DNA of 64,000 bases, taken from assembly GCA_964499705.1 (NCBI GenBank), contig CAZCME010000006.1:1-64000 (forward strand), given 5' to 3'. Shown one piece after another: positions 9,689-20,600 of this stretch; positions within the stretch are counted from its first letter, which is position 1, and each line of letters begins with the position of its first letter. The DNA is from an uncultured bacterium (GTDB lineage Bacteria; UBA8481). The position numbers and the translations under genes were made by a program. A model generated the notes under the pieces. It was not told where the DNA came from, made no database searches, and was given only the letters and a program-made list of their open reading frames with translations.

Positions 9689-10864
9689 ATGCGTCACATC
9701 TGGCATGCTTTCCGGGGGAATTCCCGCGTCGCGACACTGACGGGACTGCTGTGGGTCGTCTCGCTCGTGCCGCTGGCTCCGTACGACCAGCTCTTCCGGA
9801 TCCAGCTCGGCATGACCGAGTCGGAAGTCGGCTACCTGCGCTCGCTCGATTTCATGCTCCGGTGTCTCATGATCTGGATGAGCGGCTATGTCTCCGACCG
9901 CTTCGGCCCGACGCGCGTCCTCTTCTACGGCGATATCCTTTCCTGGGTGATACCGGCGGCGATCATGGCGACAGCGAGCACGCCGGCGCATGCCGTCATC
10001 GCGACCATGCTCTTCGCCACGAACGGCATCTGCTTCGCGGCGTTCCAGCAGGTGTTGATCGGCGGCGCGCCCAGCACGGGCCGCCGCTATGTTCTGGCGG
10101 CGCATACGGCCTTCAACCTGATCCCGGGAATCCTCATGCCGTCCGTGGGGGGGTGGCTTGTCGCGCGCACAGGAATCGTGCCCGCGATGCACGTTCTCTA
10201 CGGTTCGCTCTGTCTTTTCACGGCGCTCGGAATCCTGATCCGCCTGAAAACTTTCCGGATGAAACCCCGGACGATGGTGACGGCGAATATTCCCGCGCAC
10301 AGGATTCTCCGTCGCCCGGGAATTCTCCCGCTCTTTCTGGCCGGCGTTTCGCTGGGTTCGGCCGAAGCGATCATGGGAACGTATGCCTCGGTCTACATCG
10401 TCGGTCGGATGGGACTGGCGACCGCGTGGCTTTCCGCGTTCCAGTCGATGTCGGCCGTCGTCGTCCTCATCATGAATCTGCTGGTCTTCCCCCGCTTGTC
10501 GCGTCGAGTCGAAAGGAAGCTGATCATTGCGCGCGGCGCGATCGCCGGTACCGCGGGATTAGCGCTCCTCACGGGCTCAACGTCGCTCCTGCCAATCTGG
10601 ATCGCGTGCGGCGCGATCGGCGTCGCGATCAAGCAGACCTCGCATCACGCCCGATGGGTGAACACACTGCCGCCCGAGGACCGCAGCAGGTTGCTCGGTA
10701 CCGCGGCCGCCGCAGGACAAATCGTGGCGGCCGCGATGATGATCCCGGCCGCGATGCTTTACGGCCATGGATTGCCCCGGACCGTCCTGGGAATGGCGGT
10801 GATCTTCGAGCTGATATCGGCGCTGCTGACCGCACGAAGCTTCCGCGCCGCCCCGATTAAATAG
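9689..10864 (+). CDS. MFS transporter
   Basis: About 12 hydrophobic segments; motif A-like GYVSDRFGPTRVL. Confidence 0.8.
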   Translation: MRHIWHAFRGNSRVATLTGLLWVVSLVPLAPYDQLFRIQLGMTESEVGYLRSLDFMLRCLMIWMSGYVSDRFGPTRVLFYGDILSWVIPAAIMATASTPAHAVIATMLFATNGICFAAFQQVLIGGAPSTGRRYVLAAHTAFNLIPGILMPSVGGWLVARTGIVPAMHVLYGSLCLFTALGILIRLKTFRMKPRTMVTANIPAHRILRRPGILPLFLAGVSLGSAEAIMGTYASVYIVGRMGLATAWLSAFQSMSAVVVLIMNLLVFPRLSRRVERKLIIARGAIAGTAGLALLTGSTSLLPIWIACGAIGVAIKQTSHHARWVNTLPPEDRSRLLGTAAAAGQIVAAAMMIPAAMLYGHGLPRTVLGMAVIFELISALLTARSFRAAPIK

Positions 10865-10886
10865 CTCGTTTTGTGAGAAATAATGC

Positions 10887-10915
10887 TTGACCTTCCGGTA
10901 TGACACTGCGATACT
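10887..10915 (+). promoter_or_regulatory. Sigma70-type promoter of the cold-shock gene, implying a long 5' UTR
   Basis: TTGACC-N17-GATACT with TG extension, about 140 nt upstream of the ATG; RBS AAAGGAGG at 11042. Confidence 0.55.
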
Positions 10916-11058
10916 GGCTCAGCAATCTAGCACAGGAGTACCCGCAACTGCGCTCTGAAGGATTCGGTTCACGCCGAAAACGAGGAGCCAGGAACAGCAC
11001 GGCCGATGGTCCATGTCTTTCGCGATCTCCTTCTGCATCAGAAAGGAGGTAGCAAATC

Positions 11059-11259
11059 ATGACAACTGGACGAGTCAAGTGGTTCAATGCCCAAAAAGGC
11101 TTTGGATTCATTTCGCAGGACGGTGGGGAAGATGTTTTCGTGCATTTTTCAGCTCTTAAAATTGATGGGTACAAATCCGTCAACGAAGGCGCTGAAGTGC
11201 AGTTCGACATCGTAAAGGGCGAAAAAGGCCTGCAGGCTGCGAACGTACAGCTCCTGTAA
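11059..11259 (+). CDS. cspA: Cold-shock protein
   Basis: [15 protein letters not shown] and DVFVHFSA (RNP1/RNP2), 66 aa. Confidence 0.95.
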   Translation: MTTGRVKWFNAQKGFGFISQDGGEDVFVHFSALKIDGYKSVNEGAEVQFDIVKGEKGLQAANVQLL

Positions 11260-11276
11260 TCCCAAACGGATCACAG

Positions 11277-11312
11277 ACCCCGTCCCGCTCAGCGGGGCGG
11301 GGTTATTTTTTT
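11277..11312 (+). terminator. Rho-independent terminator
   Basis: GC-rich stem ACCCCGTCCCGCT/AGCGGGGCGGGGT followed by a T-tract. Confidence 0.85.
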
Positions 11313-11385
11313 AACCGGCGCCCATTTCCGCGCCATCTCGCGCCTTCACTTGAAATAGTCGTCCGAGAAGAGCCATAATTTATTG

Positions 11386-12129
11386 ATGGCGTGTCTCCGG
11401 CGTGCGCCGGACGTCACACAGGGGAAGAAAATGGCCAGCAAACGCACCAAGAACTCGGTAAACAAACGGCGGATACTTCTCGTCGAGGATCATCCGATTG
11501 TCGCGGTCGGCTTGAAGGAGATGATTCGCGGCAACAAGGGATTGGAAATATCCGGCCAGGCGACCGGATTGACCGACGTTCTCTCGCAACTCAAGACATG
11601 CTGGCCCGATCTCCTGATCCTCGATTTCGATCTGAAGAGCGGAGACGGGTTCGAGATCATCAGATCGCTCGTGGAAAAGTGCCCGAACCTTCCCATCCTC
11701 GTCATCTCCGGTCACGACGAGGAGCTCTTCGCCAACAAGATCCTTCGCGCCGGCGCCATGGGCTACATCATGAAGCGCTCCACGACGGATGAGCTCCTGA
11801 AGGCGATCCGGGCCGTTCTTGACGATGAAATCTATCTCTCCACCGACCTCATGAAGAAGTTCCTGAAATCCCACTTCGCTCCACGTTCCCAGGAATCGAT
11901 CAAGGCCGAGCTTTCGCTCCGGGAGCTGGAGGTCTTTCAACTGATCGGGCAGGGCCTGACGATGAAGCAAATGGCCGCGAAACTGCATCTCTCGATCAAG
12001 ACGGTGGAGACGCACCGCGATCACATCCGCCAGAAGCTGGACCTCGAAGACGCCGCGGCGGTTCGCCGGCTGGCCTGCAACGTCAAAAACAATCACAGAA
12101 TCCGCCATCGTTTCGGCTCCCGCGCGTGA
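11386..12129 (+). CDS. NarL/LuxR-family response regulator (start 11386 or 11431)
   Basis: REC domain (LLVEDH, DLLILD) and LuxR HTH (LSLRELEVFQLIGQG...LSIKTVETHR). Confidence 0.9.
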   Translation: MACLRRAPDVTQGKKMASKRTKNSVNKRRILLVEDHPIVAVGLKEMIRGNKGLEISGQATGLTDVLSQLKTCWPDLLILDFDLKSGDGFEIIRSLVEKCPNLPILVISGHDEELFANKILRAGAMGYIMKRSTTDELLKAIRAVLDDEIYLSTDLMKKFLKSHFAPRSQESIKAELSLRELEVFQLIGQGLTMKQMAAKLHLSIKTVETHRDHIRQKLDLEDAAAVRRLACNVKNNHRIRHRFGSRA

Positions 12130-12269
12130 ATCCCCCGACAGCCTGCATATAGGGGCTCCCTGAGCCTAAAAATCAGGCGACGTCCCGATTCACGGATGCG
12201 GCGTATCGCTGCATGATACGAGCGTAATAACAGCGAACAGCGCAGCGGCGGTTTGCAATCTCATTTGTG

Positions 12270-12998
12270 ATGGCGAAGAAAACGAAAACGATAAAAAAGA
12301 TATTCATCATCGAAGACCACCCCATCGTCCGGCTCGGCTTGATCCAGTTGATCCGCCGGATCAGGGGTCTCGAAGTCTGCGGCGAAGCGGACAATGCGCA
12401 GGATGCGATGCGAGGCATCTCCACAAGCCGGCCGGACATGGTCCTCATGGACCTCATCCTGACCGCGGGAAGCGGCGGCTTCGACATCCTGAAGCAGATC
12501 CAGGAAACCTACCCGAACCTGCCGATCCTCGTCGTCTCCATGCACGACGAATCGCTCTTCGCCGACCGGGTGCTCCGCGCCGGCGCTCTCGGATACATCA
12601 TGAAGAAGGAAGCGACCGATCACCTCGTGGACGCGATCAAGACCGTCCTTTCCGGGAGCATTTATCTTTCGCCGAGCGAGACATCCCGGCTTCTGAAATC
12701 GCACTACGCCCGACGGACCGACGCGTCCGCGAAGAAGAGGTTGAGCGAACGGGAGCTGGAAGTCTTCCAGATGATCAGCCACGGCATAAGCGCCAAGGAG
12801 ATCGCCGAAAAACTTCATCTCTCGATCAAGACCGTGGAGACCCATCGCGATCATATCCGCCGGAAGCTCCATCTTTCGAACGCCGCCGAGCTGAGGAGAT
12901 ACGCCACGCAATCGAGCCTGTCGGATGCTCCGCTTCCCGAAACTCCCGGCAAACCGCTCCGCATCCTGCGAATCCGCGACGGCAAATCCTCCGGCTGA
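12270..12998 (+). CDS. NarL/LuxR-family response regulator, paralog
   Basis: REC domain (IIEDH, DMVLMD) and LuxR HTH (LSERELEVFQ...LSIKTVETHR). Confidence 0.9.
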   Translation: MAKKTKTIKKIFIIEDHPIVRLGLIQLIRRIRGLEVCGEADNAQDAMRGISTSRPDMVLMDLILTAGSGGFDILKQIQETYPNLPILVVSMHDESLFADRVLRAGALGYIMKKEATDHLVDAIKTVLSGSIYLSPSETSRLLKSHYARRTDASAKKRLSERELEVFQMISHGISAKEIAEKLHLSIKTVETHRDHIRRKLHLSNAAELRRYATQSSLSDAPLPETPGKPLRILRIRDGKSSG

Positions 12999-13087
12999 CG
13001 CCCGCCGGAAGCCGTTTCTCCCACGAAATAACGCGCTCGACTCGAATCCCATTGCGCCGCCGCGAGGCCTCGGGTACACATCTGCAG

Positions 13088-14494
13088 ATGCGATCAAGAA
13101 CATTCTCCATTCTCTGCTGCTGCGCGCTGGCCCATGTGCTCCTCATGGCTCTGCCGAGTCCATCGATCGCGCAGTCGGGAGAGCGTTCTCAATACTTCGA
13201 GCGCGCGGCCAAGGCCCTGGACCGCAGGAATGACGCAACAGGCGCGGCTTGGATCCGCGAGCTGGGGCTGGGCGAGCGCATCGTTCCGCGGACACTATCC
13301 GAAGGCGCGAGCGCGGCTCATCCTCAATATGCGGAACGATATGACAGATCGCGCGTCAAGATCCGCGACGGCATCCTCCATCGGAGGTATCGCGCGGAAG
13401 AAATGTGGCGGGTGGACAGGGCGGAAGCGGCCCTTCATCTCGTCGGGTATGAACTGGAGCAGGGTATCTCCGCGAACGAAGCGGATGTCCGCGCCTTTCT
13501 TTCCGACGCGGAATGGATGTTGTCAGGTTTCTTCCACGAGGATCCCGTGGTCAGACCCAACCGTCAACCGGAGCCTGATGCGCAGATATGGGTCGTGCCG
13601 GAACGGATCATGCACGGGGAGACGGCGATCCTGTCCTGGACAACCTCCGGGGCCGGTCGCGTGATCCTGAACGGGCAGATGCTCGACACGGAAGGCCGCA
13701 TGGACATCCATCCGGAATCCTCCACCTATTACGGATTGACGGCCACGGGGCCGGGCGGAACCATGGAGGCGAGCGCGGTAATCGAAGTGATCCGCCCGAG
13801 GCCGGCTCCGTCACCACGCGTCACGCTGCATGCTCTTCCGGATAAAATACTCCAGGGCCGCGCCACGAAGTTGAGATGGACATCCCGACACGCGAAAACC
13901 CTTCGCCTTGACGGAAAGATCGTGCCGCCGACCGGCTCGATGTTCGTCACTCCCGAGACCAGTCAGCGCTACGAAATCATCGCGGAGGGACCGGGCGGCA
14001 TCGCCGTGGCAACAAGCAGGGTGGAAGTCGTCGCACCGGTGAAGGTTGCTCGGGCATCGGGACCGGAAACCAAATCCGCGCCCGGCAGTCCTGCCGCGCC
14101 GGTGGCGCCCCGGGTTTCTCCGGCGCCCGCCGCCAAGTCCGCCCTGACTCGCGCGGAGACTGTTGCCGCTGCTCCGCAACCGGCGCCTTTCATCTATGCC
14201 TGCGACTCGACCGGCAGACCCGCCGATTCCGCCGCATGGGCTGCCGCCTTCGCCGTCGCCCAAAGGCTCCGCAACGAACCCCGCCTCCGGATGAGAATCG
14301 CTGTGACGGCCGGCGACACGACAACGCGCGCGGCCAGGGCCAGGTTGAAGGCAGCCGCGACCGGCGCCCGGAACTTCCTGGCAGCGACGTTTCAACTGAA
14401 GAAAACGAGGTTCCAGATCGCATCTACTCCTGCCCCTATTCCGGCATCCTCGCAAGGTATCCAGATCCTGCTGATTCCGATCGGCGCCCGATGA
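13088..14494 (+). CDS. Exported protein with two Ig-like repeats and a degenerate OmpA-like C-terminus
   Basis: Signal peptide; two repeats of 'P..I..G....L.WT(T/S).....L.G......G...V.P.....Y...A.GPGG'; Pro/Ala linker. Confidence 0.6.
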   Translation: MRSRTFSILCCCALAHVLLMALPSPSIAQSGERSQYFERAAKALDRRNDATGAAWIRELGLGERIVPRTLSEGASAAHPQYAERYDRSRVKIRDGILHRRYRAEEMWRVDRAEAALHLVGYELEQGISANEADVRAFLSDAEWMLSGFFHEDPVVRPNRQPEPDAQIWVVPERIMHGETAILSWTTSGAGRVILNGQMLDTEGRMDIHPESSTYYGLTATGPGGTMEASAVIEVIRPRPAPSPRVTLHALPDKILQGRATKLRWTSRHAKTLRLDGKIVPPTGSMFVTPETSQRYEIIAEGPGGIAVATSRVEVVAPVKVARASGPETKSAPGSPAAPVAPRVSPAPAAKSALTRAETVAAAPQPAPFIYACDSTGRPADSAAWAAAFAVAQRLRNEPRLRMRIAVTAGDTTTRAARARLKAAATGARNFLAATFQLKKTRFQIASTPAPIPASSQGIQILLIPIGAR

Positions 14495-14542
14495 TCGGGA
14501 TGGAAATCGCTTTAGCGATCTGATAAGGTTTGTCCGTCAATT

Positions 14543-14616
14543 CGGGGCGTAGCGCAGTCCGGTAGCGCACCTGCTTCGGGAGCAGGGGGTCGGAGGTTCA
14601 AATCCTCTCGCCCCGA
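14543..14616 (+). tRNA. tRNA-Pro (CGG)
   Basis: Acceptor stem CGGGGCG/CGCCCCG, anticodon arm CCTGC-TTCGGGA-GCAGG, T-loop GGTTCAAATCC; CCA not encoded. Confidence 0.97.
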
Positions 14617-14718
14617 CGATTAGCTCATCCCGCTTGCGTTGCGCCATATGCCGTCTCCTTTCGACCCGTGTACGACTCCCGCGCGGCACTTTTCCGCATC
14701 TGGGACAGGAGCCAGGCC

Positions 14719-14913
14719 CTATTTTCTCGTCTCCCTGCGTTCCTCGCTCTTCAACATCTTCTCCAGCGATTCCGCGACGAGTCGCGACACCGGCGGCTTG
14801 AAACGGAAGCGCTTCTGGAAATCCTCCAGCCGGTCAACGATGTAGCCGGGAAGATAGATGCAGAACCGCTTTCCCTTGGAACGATTTTTACCGTGTCTCC
14901 GTCGCTGATCCAT
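14719..14913 (-). CDS. Ribbon-helix-helix DNA-binding protein
   Basis: 64 aa; RFCIYLP[18 protein letters not shown] fits the RHH pattern. Confidence 0.6.
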   Translation of the reverse strand: MDQRRRHGKNRSKGKRFCIYLPGYIVDRLEDFQKRFRFKPPVSRLVAESLEKMLKSEERRETRK

Positions 14914-15040
14914 GCCGGATAATGTATTACATGTATGACTATCCTTGCAACGGGCACTGGCGAGATCGGACGAAACCCGCCTAGACTTGTATTCCACATC
15001 CGCATTTTTGATCCCGTCGAGCGCGAGGAGGAGCCAAGCC

Positions 15041-16048
15041 GTGAATGAACCGAGCAGGCCGAACGCACAATCTCGGCGGACCGTGGAGCGCCCTTGTTGT
15101 TTTTTCAAGGCCTATTCTGAAAATCAGCACCGTCTCGTCGTCGACCGGCTCTATGGAAAGACCTTCTTTCCGCACTTTTCGTTTATCCTTCCCTGGGCTT
15201 TGAACGGAAGTTCGAGCGGGCGCGCATACGATATGCCCGGCGTTTCGGATTTTTATCGGGAACGGAATATCTTCAACTCACGGGGATCAACCGTCCTCCT
15301 GAAGAACGACAGCTTATGCATTCTTGGCGGGCCGCGCGACATGATGGATGACGCCTCGTACATCTATCCCACCGCGCTTGAGATAAGAGAACTCCGATCC
15401 GGCTGCGATCTTGTGACGGATCTGGACCAGATCTTCACGCGCGGGATGACGGATTCGCGCATGTCGGACGAATTCCGGAAAACCGCGGAACTTTATTCCA
15501 TGCTCCTTCGGGATCCCACCCAGGCGCCGCGTGCCATCCTCTCCTCGCGCATTCCCATTTCTCTCCTGCTCGACGGCGGCGCACCACAAGAGAAGCAGGC
15601 CTTTACCGTCCTGCCGGAGTACGAATTCGGATACGTGCGGACCCAACGCCAGGATGTGTTCGGATGCCAACTGGCTCCGTCGCGAGCCTCGCGTGAAGTG
15701 CTGATCTGGGAATTTCTGCTGCGCGTCGGGAAAAAGTCGCCTCACGGTTCCTCCGTCCTGAATGTCGCCTTCTTAGACCTCCTTGACCTGATCCGGGAAT
15801 CCTTTCCGGAATTTTCCATTCTGGACGCCCAGAGTCTGGGGAATCGCAATAGGGGCCTCTTTATTGCCGAACTCGGCCGCGCGCACGTTCACCGCGGAGG
15901 TGCGATCTTCCTCCAGGATGAGAAGAGAATCATCGGTACTCCGGATCAGATACGGGAATGCCTGCGATCGATCGCCTTGCCATCGGGCAGGTGCGAAGAA
16001 CTTCCGGAATGCTGGAGGATGCCCGGCGATCACGGGAGAAACTTGTGA
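15041..16048 (+). CDS. Hypothetical protein (start uncertain)
   Basis: Long ORF with globular composition; no family recognised. Confidence 0.55.
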   Translation: MNEPSRPNAQSRRTVERPCCFFKAYSENQHRLVVDRLYGKTFFPHFSFILPWALNGSSSGRAYDMPGVSDFYRERNIFNSRGSTVLLKNDSLCILGGPRDMMDDASYIYPTALEIRELRSGCDLVTDLDQIFTRGMTDSRMSDEFRKTAELYSMLLRDPTQAPRAILSSRIPISLLLDGGAPQEKQAFTVLPEYEFGYVRTQRQDVFGCQLAPSRASREVLIWEFLLRVGKKSPHGSSVLNVAFLDLLDLIRESFPEFSILDAQSLGNRNRGLFIAELGRAHVHRGGAIFLQDEKRIIGTPDQIRECLRSIALPSGRCEELPECWRMPGDHGRNL

Positions 16049-16402
16049 AACTCGTCCAGGATCCACAAGCAGGTCGCGAACGCAGTCTCTTGATTTCCGA
16101 ATACGGCAAAAGAATATCGAATTCGCCGGCCGCGTAGGGCTCCTACTTCTTACGCATTATAGTGGAATATTTATCCCTGAAACGGGCCTCCCAGGGGCAG
16201 GTCTCCATGCGCCCGCGAGGGACGGCCTCACGTTTTCGCTGGAATTTCTCGACTTGACCCTGTACATTGCCTTTGCTGCGTCCGGAGCAGGGAGGCGGAG
16301 GTTTCATTCCTCTCGCTCCGACGTTGCGAAACATCGGCGGGAATGCGAAGGACGCCGCATCGAGGCTGTCACGCGGCCCTTCGCAGTCAAGTCTGAACAA
16401 GG

Positions 16403-16783
16403 GTGAACGAGATGGACGAGAACGAGAATCCGATGATGCGCAACATCCTGATTGCGATCGCCTTCGTGGCGGTCGGTTCGGGGTTCACCATCGTCATCGC
16501 GGGCGTGGAAGCCGGCCGGGGCGACGCCATCTTCGTGCTGATCGGATTCATGGTGCCGCTCATCACCTTCATGGGAATCTCCTACATCATGTATCTCTTC
16601 AAGCGAAAAGTGCAGAGTCACCTCAATGAAACATTCGGTTCGAATGTCGTCCGGATCGCGTCGGCCATCATGGATTACTTCCAGTTCCCTCTCACGCTTC
16701 TCCTCTCCATCTCCATCACGCTCCTCTTCTTCGCCTTCGCCCTGATGGCCATCGCCTACTGGTCGCTCCGCTACAACATCTGA
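16403..16783 (+). CDS. Hypothetical membrane protein (about 3 TM)
   Basis: Three hydrophobic segments; TGATG coupling to the next gene. Confidence 0.65.
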   Translation: MNEMDENENPMMRNILIAIAFVAVGSGFTIVIAGVEAGRGDAIFVLIGFMVPLITFMGISYIMYLFKRKVQSHLNETFGSNVVRIASAIMDYFQFPLTLLLSISITLLFFAFALMAIAYWSLRYNI

Positions 16784-17661
16784 TGGACCTCAGGATCGAT
16801 GACAGCGTCCTGGATCCCGATCTCTTCATAAAGACCGCTCTGGAGCAGCGCATCGAGGCGATCAACAAGCAGCTCGAACAATTGTCGCTCGGCAAGCCCG
16901 GTCCCGTCGACCAGAAGACGCTCATCGCCGCGCGCTCCCGGTTCGCCGAAGCCCTCCGGCCGTATCGCGCCATCGCCACTCCTTCACGCACGGCCGCGCC
17001 TTCGGCTCCGCCGGAAAAATCCGTCACCGACACCGCCCGGCCTGCATCCTCGCCATCGACTGCCTCTCCATCGCGACCGGCACCACCAGCTCCTCTTCCG
17101 GCCGCAGCCGCGCCGCCATCCCGCTCGCGGCTGCAGATGCCGGAAGGCGCCATACCGCGCCCTCGAAGGTTCGCGGAACCTCCGGTCACGAAGGAACAGA
17201 GGCGACCAGCGCCGAGGCGCCAGGATGCCGCCTCCCAATCCGGCATGGTTTCCTTCTTGAAGAGCGTCCAGTCCCAGGCGAAGGAACAGGTGATTCCCAG
17301 CGTCGCCCGCGCGGAAAGCGCCGCGCGCGAGGCCGGTCGTGAAGCGTTGAACGATTTCTCCGATCAAGACGGGATGCGCGAAGCTCCTCGCCCACAGTCC
17401 GCTCCGTTGGTTTCGTACCCTCCCGCGCAGCCGGCCGCTCCCATAGGCACTCCGAAAAAGGGTAATATGCTCAGTTACCTCGAGAAGATGCGGGCCGGTT
17501 CGTCGGCTCCGCCCGCATCCGCTTCCGACCCCTCGCATGATGCGACGCAACCCGATTCCACGGCAGCCGAGACCGCTGCGGAAGCCGCGAAAAAATCGAA
17601 GCAGGGCTCTTCCACGGAACTAAGTTCCGAGTTGAAAGGTCTATTGGACGAAATCAAATAA
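16783..17661 (+). CDS. Hypothetical Pro/Ala-rich protein
   Basis: Helical N-terminus, disordered middle, amphipathic C-terminus ELKGLLDEIK. Confidence 0.6.
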   Translation: MDLRIDDSVLDPDLFIKTALEQRIEAINKQLEQLSLGKPGPVDQKTLIAARSRFAEALRPYRAIATPSRTAAPSAPPEKSVTDTARPASSPSTASPSRPAPPAPLPAAAAPPSRSRLQMPEGAIPRPRRFAEPPVTKEQRRPAPRRQDAASQSGMVSFLKSVQSQAKEQVIPSVARAESAAREAGREALNDFSDQDGMREAPRPQSAPLVSYPPAQPAAPIGTPKKGNMLSYLEKMRAGSSAPPASASDPSHDATQPDSTAAETAAEAAKKSKQGSSTELSSELKGLLDEIK

Positions 17662-17665
17662 TGCC

Positions 17666-20600
17666 GTGACTGAATTTCCAGGCGCGCCCGCGCCGCCTCC
17701 ATCGCACTTCGCCCGCGCGTCCGCGGGGCTGCTTCTCATCCTGGCGGCTGCCATCCTCATGACGCCCGTCCTGGCGCAGACCGTGCCGACCCGGCGCATC
17801 GAGCTCCCCGAGAAAACATATTCCATACATCGCGAGGAGGCCAGGGAGGGTGAAGAAATGATCACGCTCAACTTCGGTGTCTTCGCCTTCGCTCCCTTCA
17901 TCGTCGTCGATACCGGCGCGGACAGGAGGATGATCTTCGAAGTCGGCGCGCGCTTCCGGCCGGGACCGGCGCGCCACGAACCCGCCGTCCGAAAGGGTGG
18001 ATTCCTGAACATGCAGAAAGTTCCATATGCGCGCCCGATCGGCTCGACGGCGCTGGATGTCGAGTCCGTCGAAATTCGGGAAGGCGGAAAGACGATCGCG
18101 CTTCTCGCTCCCGGCGAAGGCGGGCGCTCGGAACGCCTCTCCGGCAAGCGCACTTCGTTCGCGGTCACGGCCGGCGTTCCCACGGCGCGCTGGCAGGATA
18201 TCGAGGTACTCTTCCATGTGCACGCGCGCGTCGATGACGCGCGCGCCTCGGAGATTCCCCGGCTGAAATCGCGCGGCCTGGGCACATTTATCTGGAAGCC
18301 CGGCGCGACCGATGGCGCGCTTCGCTCCCGCATCCCGCCGGGCACACCTCCGAAACCGGCGAACCTGAAGGTGGAGGGCGCCGGACTGACGGTTCATCCG
18401 GAATCGCCCTTCGTCGGAGATTCGTTCGACGCCGTCATCCTGCTTCAGAACACCGGGGAGCTCGACTTCGACACGGCCGATTATGAATGGTCCTATGGAG
18501 ACGCAACGAGGCGGGGCGTTCTGCCCGCGCTGGCCGGCGGCGCGCGCACGCGGCTCGAATGGGCGGTGGAGGCGGCCGCGGACGAACGGGAGATCCATCT
18601 GCGGATCACGCCCCGGCCCGGCGCATTCCGCGCATCGCCACCGCGGGATTTCCGCGCGGCGATCGAGCCGCTGAAGCGGCCGAGATTGAACCTGCATTCT
18701 GCCGCGCTGCTATCCAGGATTTCGGACGATCCGCTGGAGCTTCTTCTCATGATCTCGAACACGGGCAGCGGCCCGGCGGAAGCCGCATCCGTGCGCCTCT
18801 CGCATGAAGGTGGAGACACCCTGGTGCAGTTGCCACCTCTTCCCGTCAAAGGTCCCGTTCCTATCCAGATTTCCTGGCCTGACAGTTTTCCCCTCGACTT
18901 CGATCTGACGGTCCATCTTTCCGATGAGAGCGACCGGGAAACGACGCTCGTGATTCCCGTGCAGCGCAGGCCGCGGCCGAAGCCGCGCTTCGTGCTCGAC
19001 GGTATGGAATTCGTGGGCGAGCGGCAGGAGGGCATGCCGGGCCGGTTCCTGGCCCGCATCCGGAACGCGGGCGACCTGGCCGGCGAAGCGTCATTCCTCC
19101 TGGATGTCACGGCGCCGGTCCGTGATACGCGGATTATCACCAGGCGTCTGCGATTCGACATCGGCGCGGGACGTTCGACGGAATTCACGACGGACGTCTT
19201 CCCCTTCGAACAGGGACTCCTGCGGGGAACAGTGCTGGGCCATGGGATCGAGGATTTTTCGCAAATTGACGTCCCGCCCTGGATTCCTCCGACCGCGAAC
19301 GGATCCGAAAACACCGTCTTCCTGCATTCGATCGACGAAACGGCCACTCCGAGGATCACACGCGTCACGAAACCTCTCCTCTTCCGTTTCTCGCCGCTTG
19401 CGGATGTGGCCGAATTCGATTCGAGCGTGACGCTCATCATCGCCTCGCGAACATGGCCGAGTTCCAGCGGAGCCGCATCTTCGCGCGACGAGAGCGCGCG
19501 GCCGTCGCTGCGCGTCTGGGTCGAAGGCTCCGGTTTCTCCGACCGCTTCGATATCGCCTCCACGGAATCGGTCGCGACCTATCCCCTTTCCAAGCAGAGC
19601 CTCCTCGACACGGTCACACTGCGCGTCGAACTCGTCGGCTATGCGCCCGCCTGGCTGATCGGATCACCGCTCCTGCGAGCCGCGCCCGCCGCGCCGGAGT
19701 ACGGACGAATCACGCGGCTGCATCTCCGGGACACGGGTATCTACGCACGGGTTGAAAACGCGTCCTCATGGTTCGACGCCTTTCAGGTCACTCTGGCGAC
19801 CGCGTACGGAAACGGAGACGACAGCACCTTCATCGTGAAATTAAGGAAAGGTGAAGCGCGAAATGTATTCCTGCCCATGAAGCCTCCCCGGCCGGGCAGG
19901 CACGCCCTCCGCCTCTCCATGCCCTTCTCCGCCGTCACCGATCCGCGCCATCTCGAGCAGTTCGTTGCTCCGCGGCCAATGCCCCGCATCCGGCTGGAAT
20001 CCATCTCCGCGACAAGAACGGCCGACGGCGAGACGGGGCTGCTGGCACTCATCTCCGTGCGGGACAACGACGCGCCCGACCTCGAAGCGACCGGCACCGG
20101 ATCGGACACATTCCGCATCCCGACCGTTCCCGCAAGCGAGACGGCCGTTTTCTACTTTCCATCAGCCGACCGGTTTCATCTCCTTTACGGCTACACGGAA
20201 ATCCAGTCGGTGAACGTGGCCGGCGATCCGCCGTCGCCTCCCTATGTGCGCCTCATCGACTTCGGAGGATCTCTCCCGACGAAGCAGGCCGGAGTCATTC
20301 GCTTCGTCCGCGTCGCGGGAGCGGAACCGCTTCCCGCCGGGCGGATATACTACGAAGTGAATGGGATATTGCGCGGCATGGTCAGCGTTCCGGAGCAGGC
20401 GCCGCGGGAACGATATTTCGGCGGCATCAGATTCACGCCCGCGCAACGCGATTCGATCCGCGTCTCGCTTTTCGAAACGCTGCTGCATCATCAGAGGAAG
20501 GGCACGTTGATCGACAGGCGTTCCACGGACATCGCCGACATCGCGGACCAGCCGACGCGCGCCGATTGGGACTGGCTGGGATCGGTCCGATGGAGCCCCG

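Noticed and set aside
14543-16400. Integrated prophage or island at tRNA-Pro
   Set aside because: I saw no integrase and no duplicated tRNA 3' end in the window.
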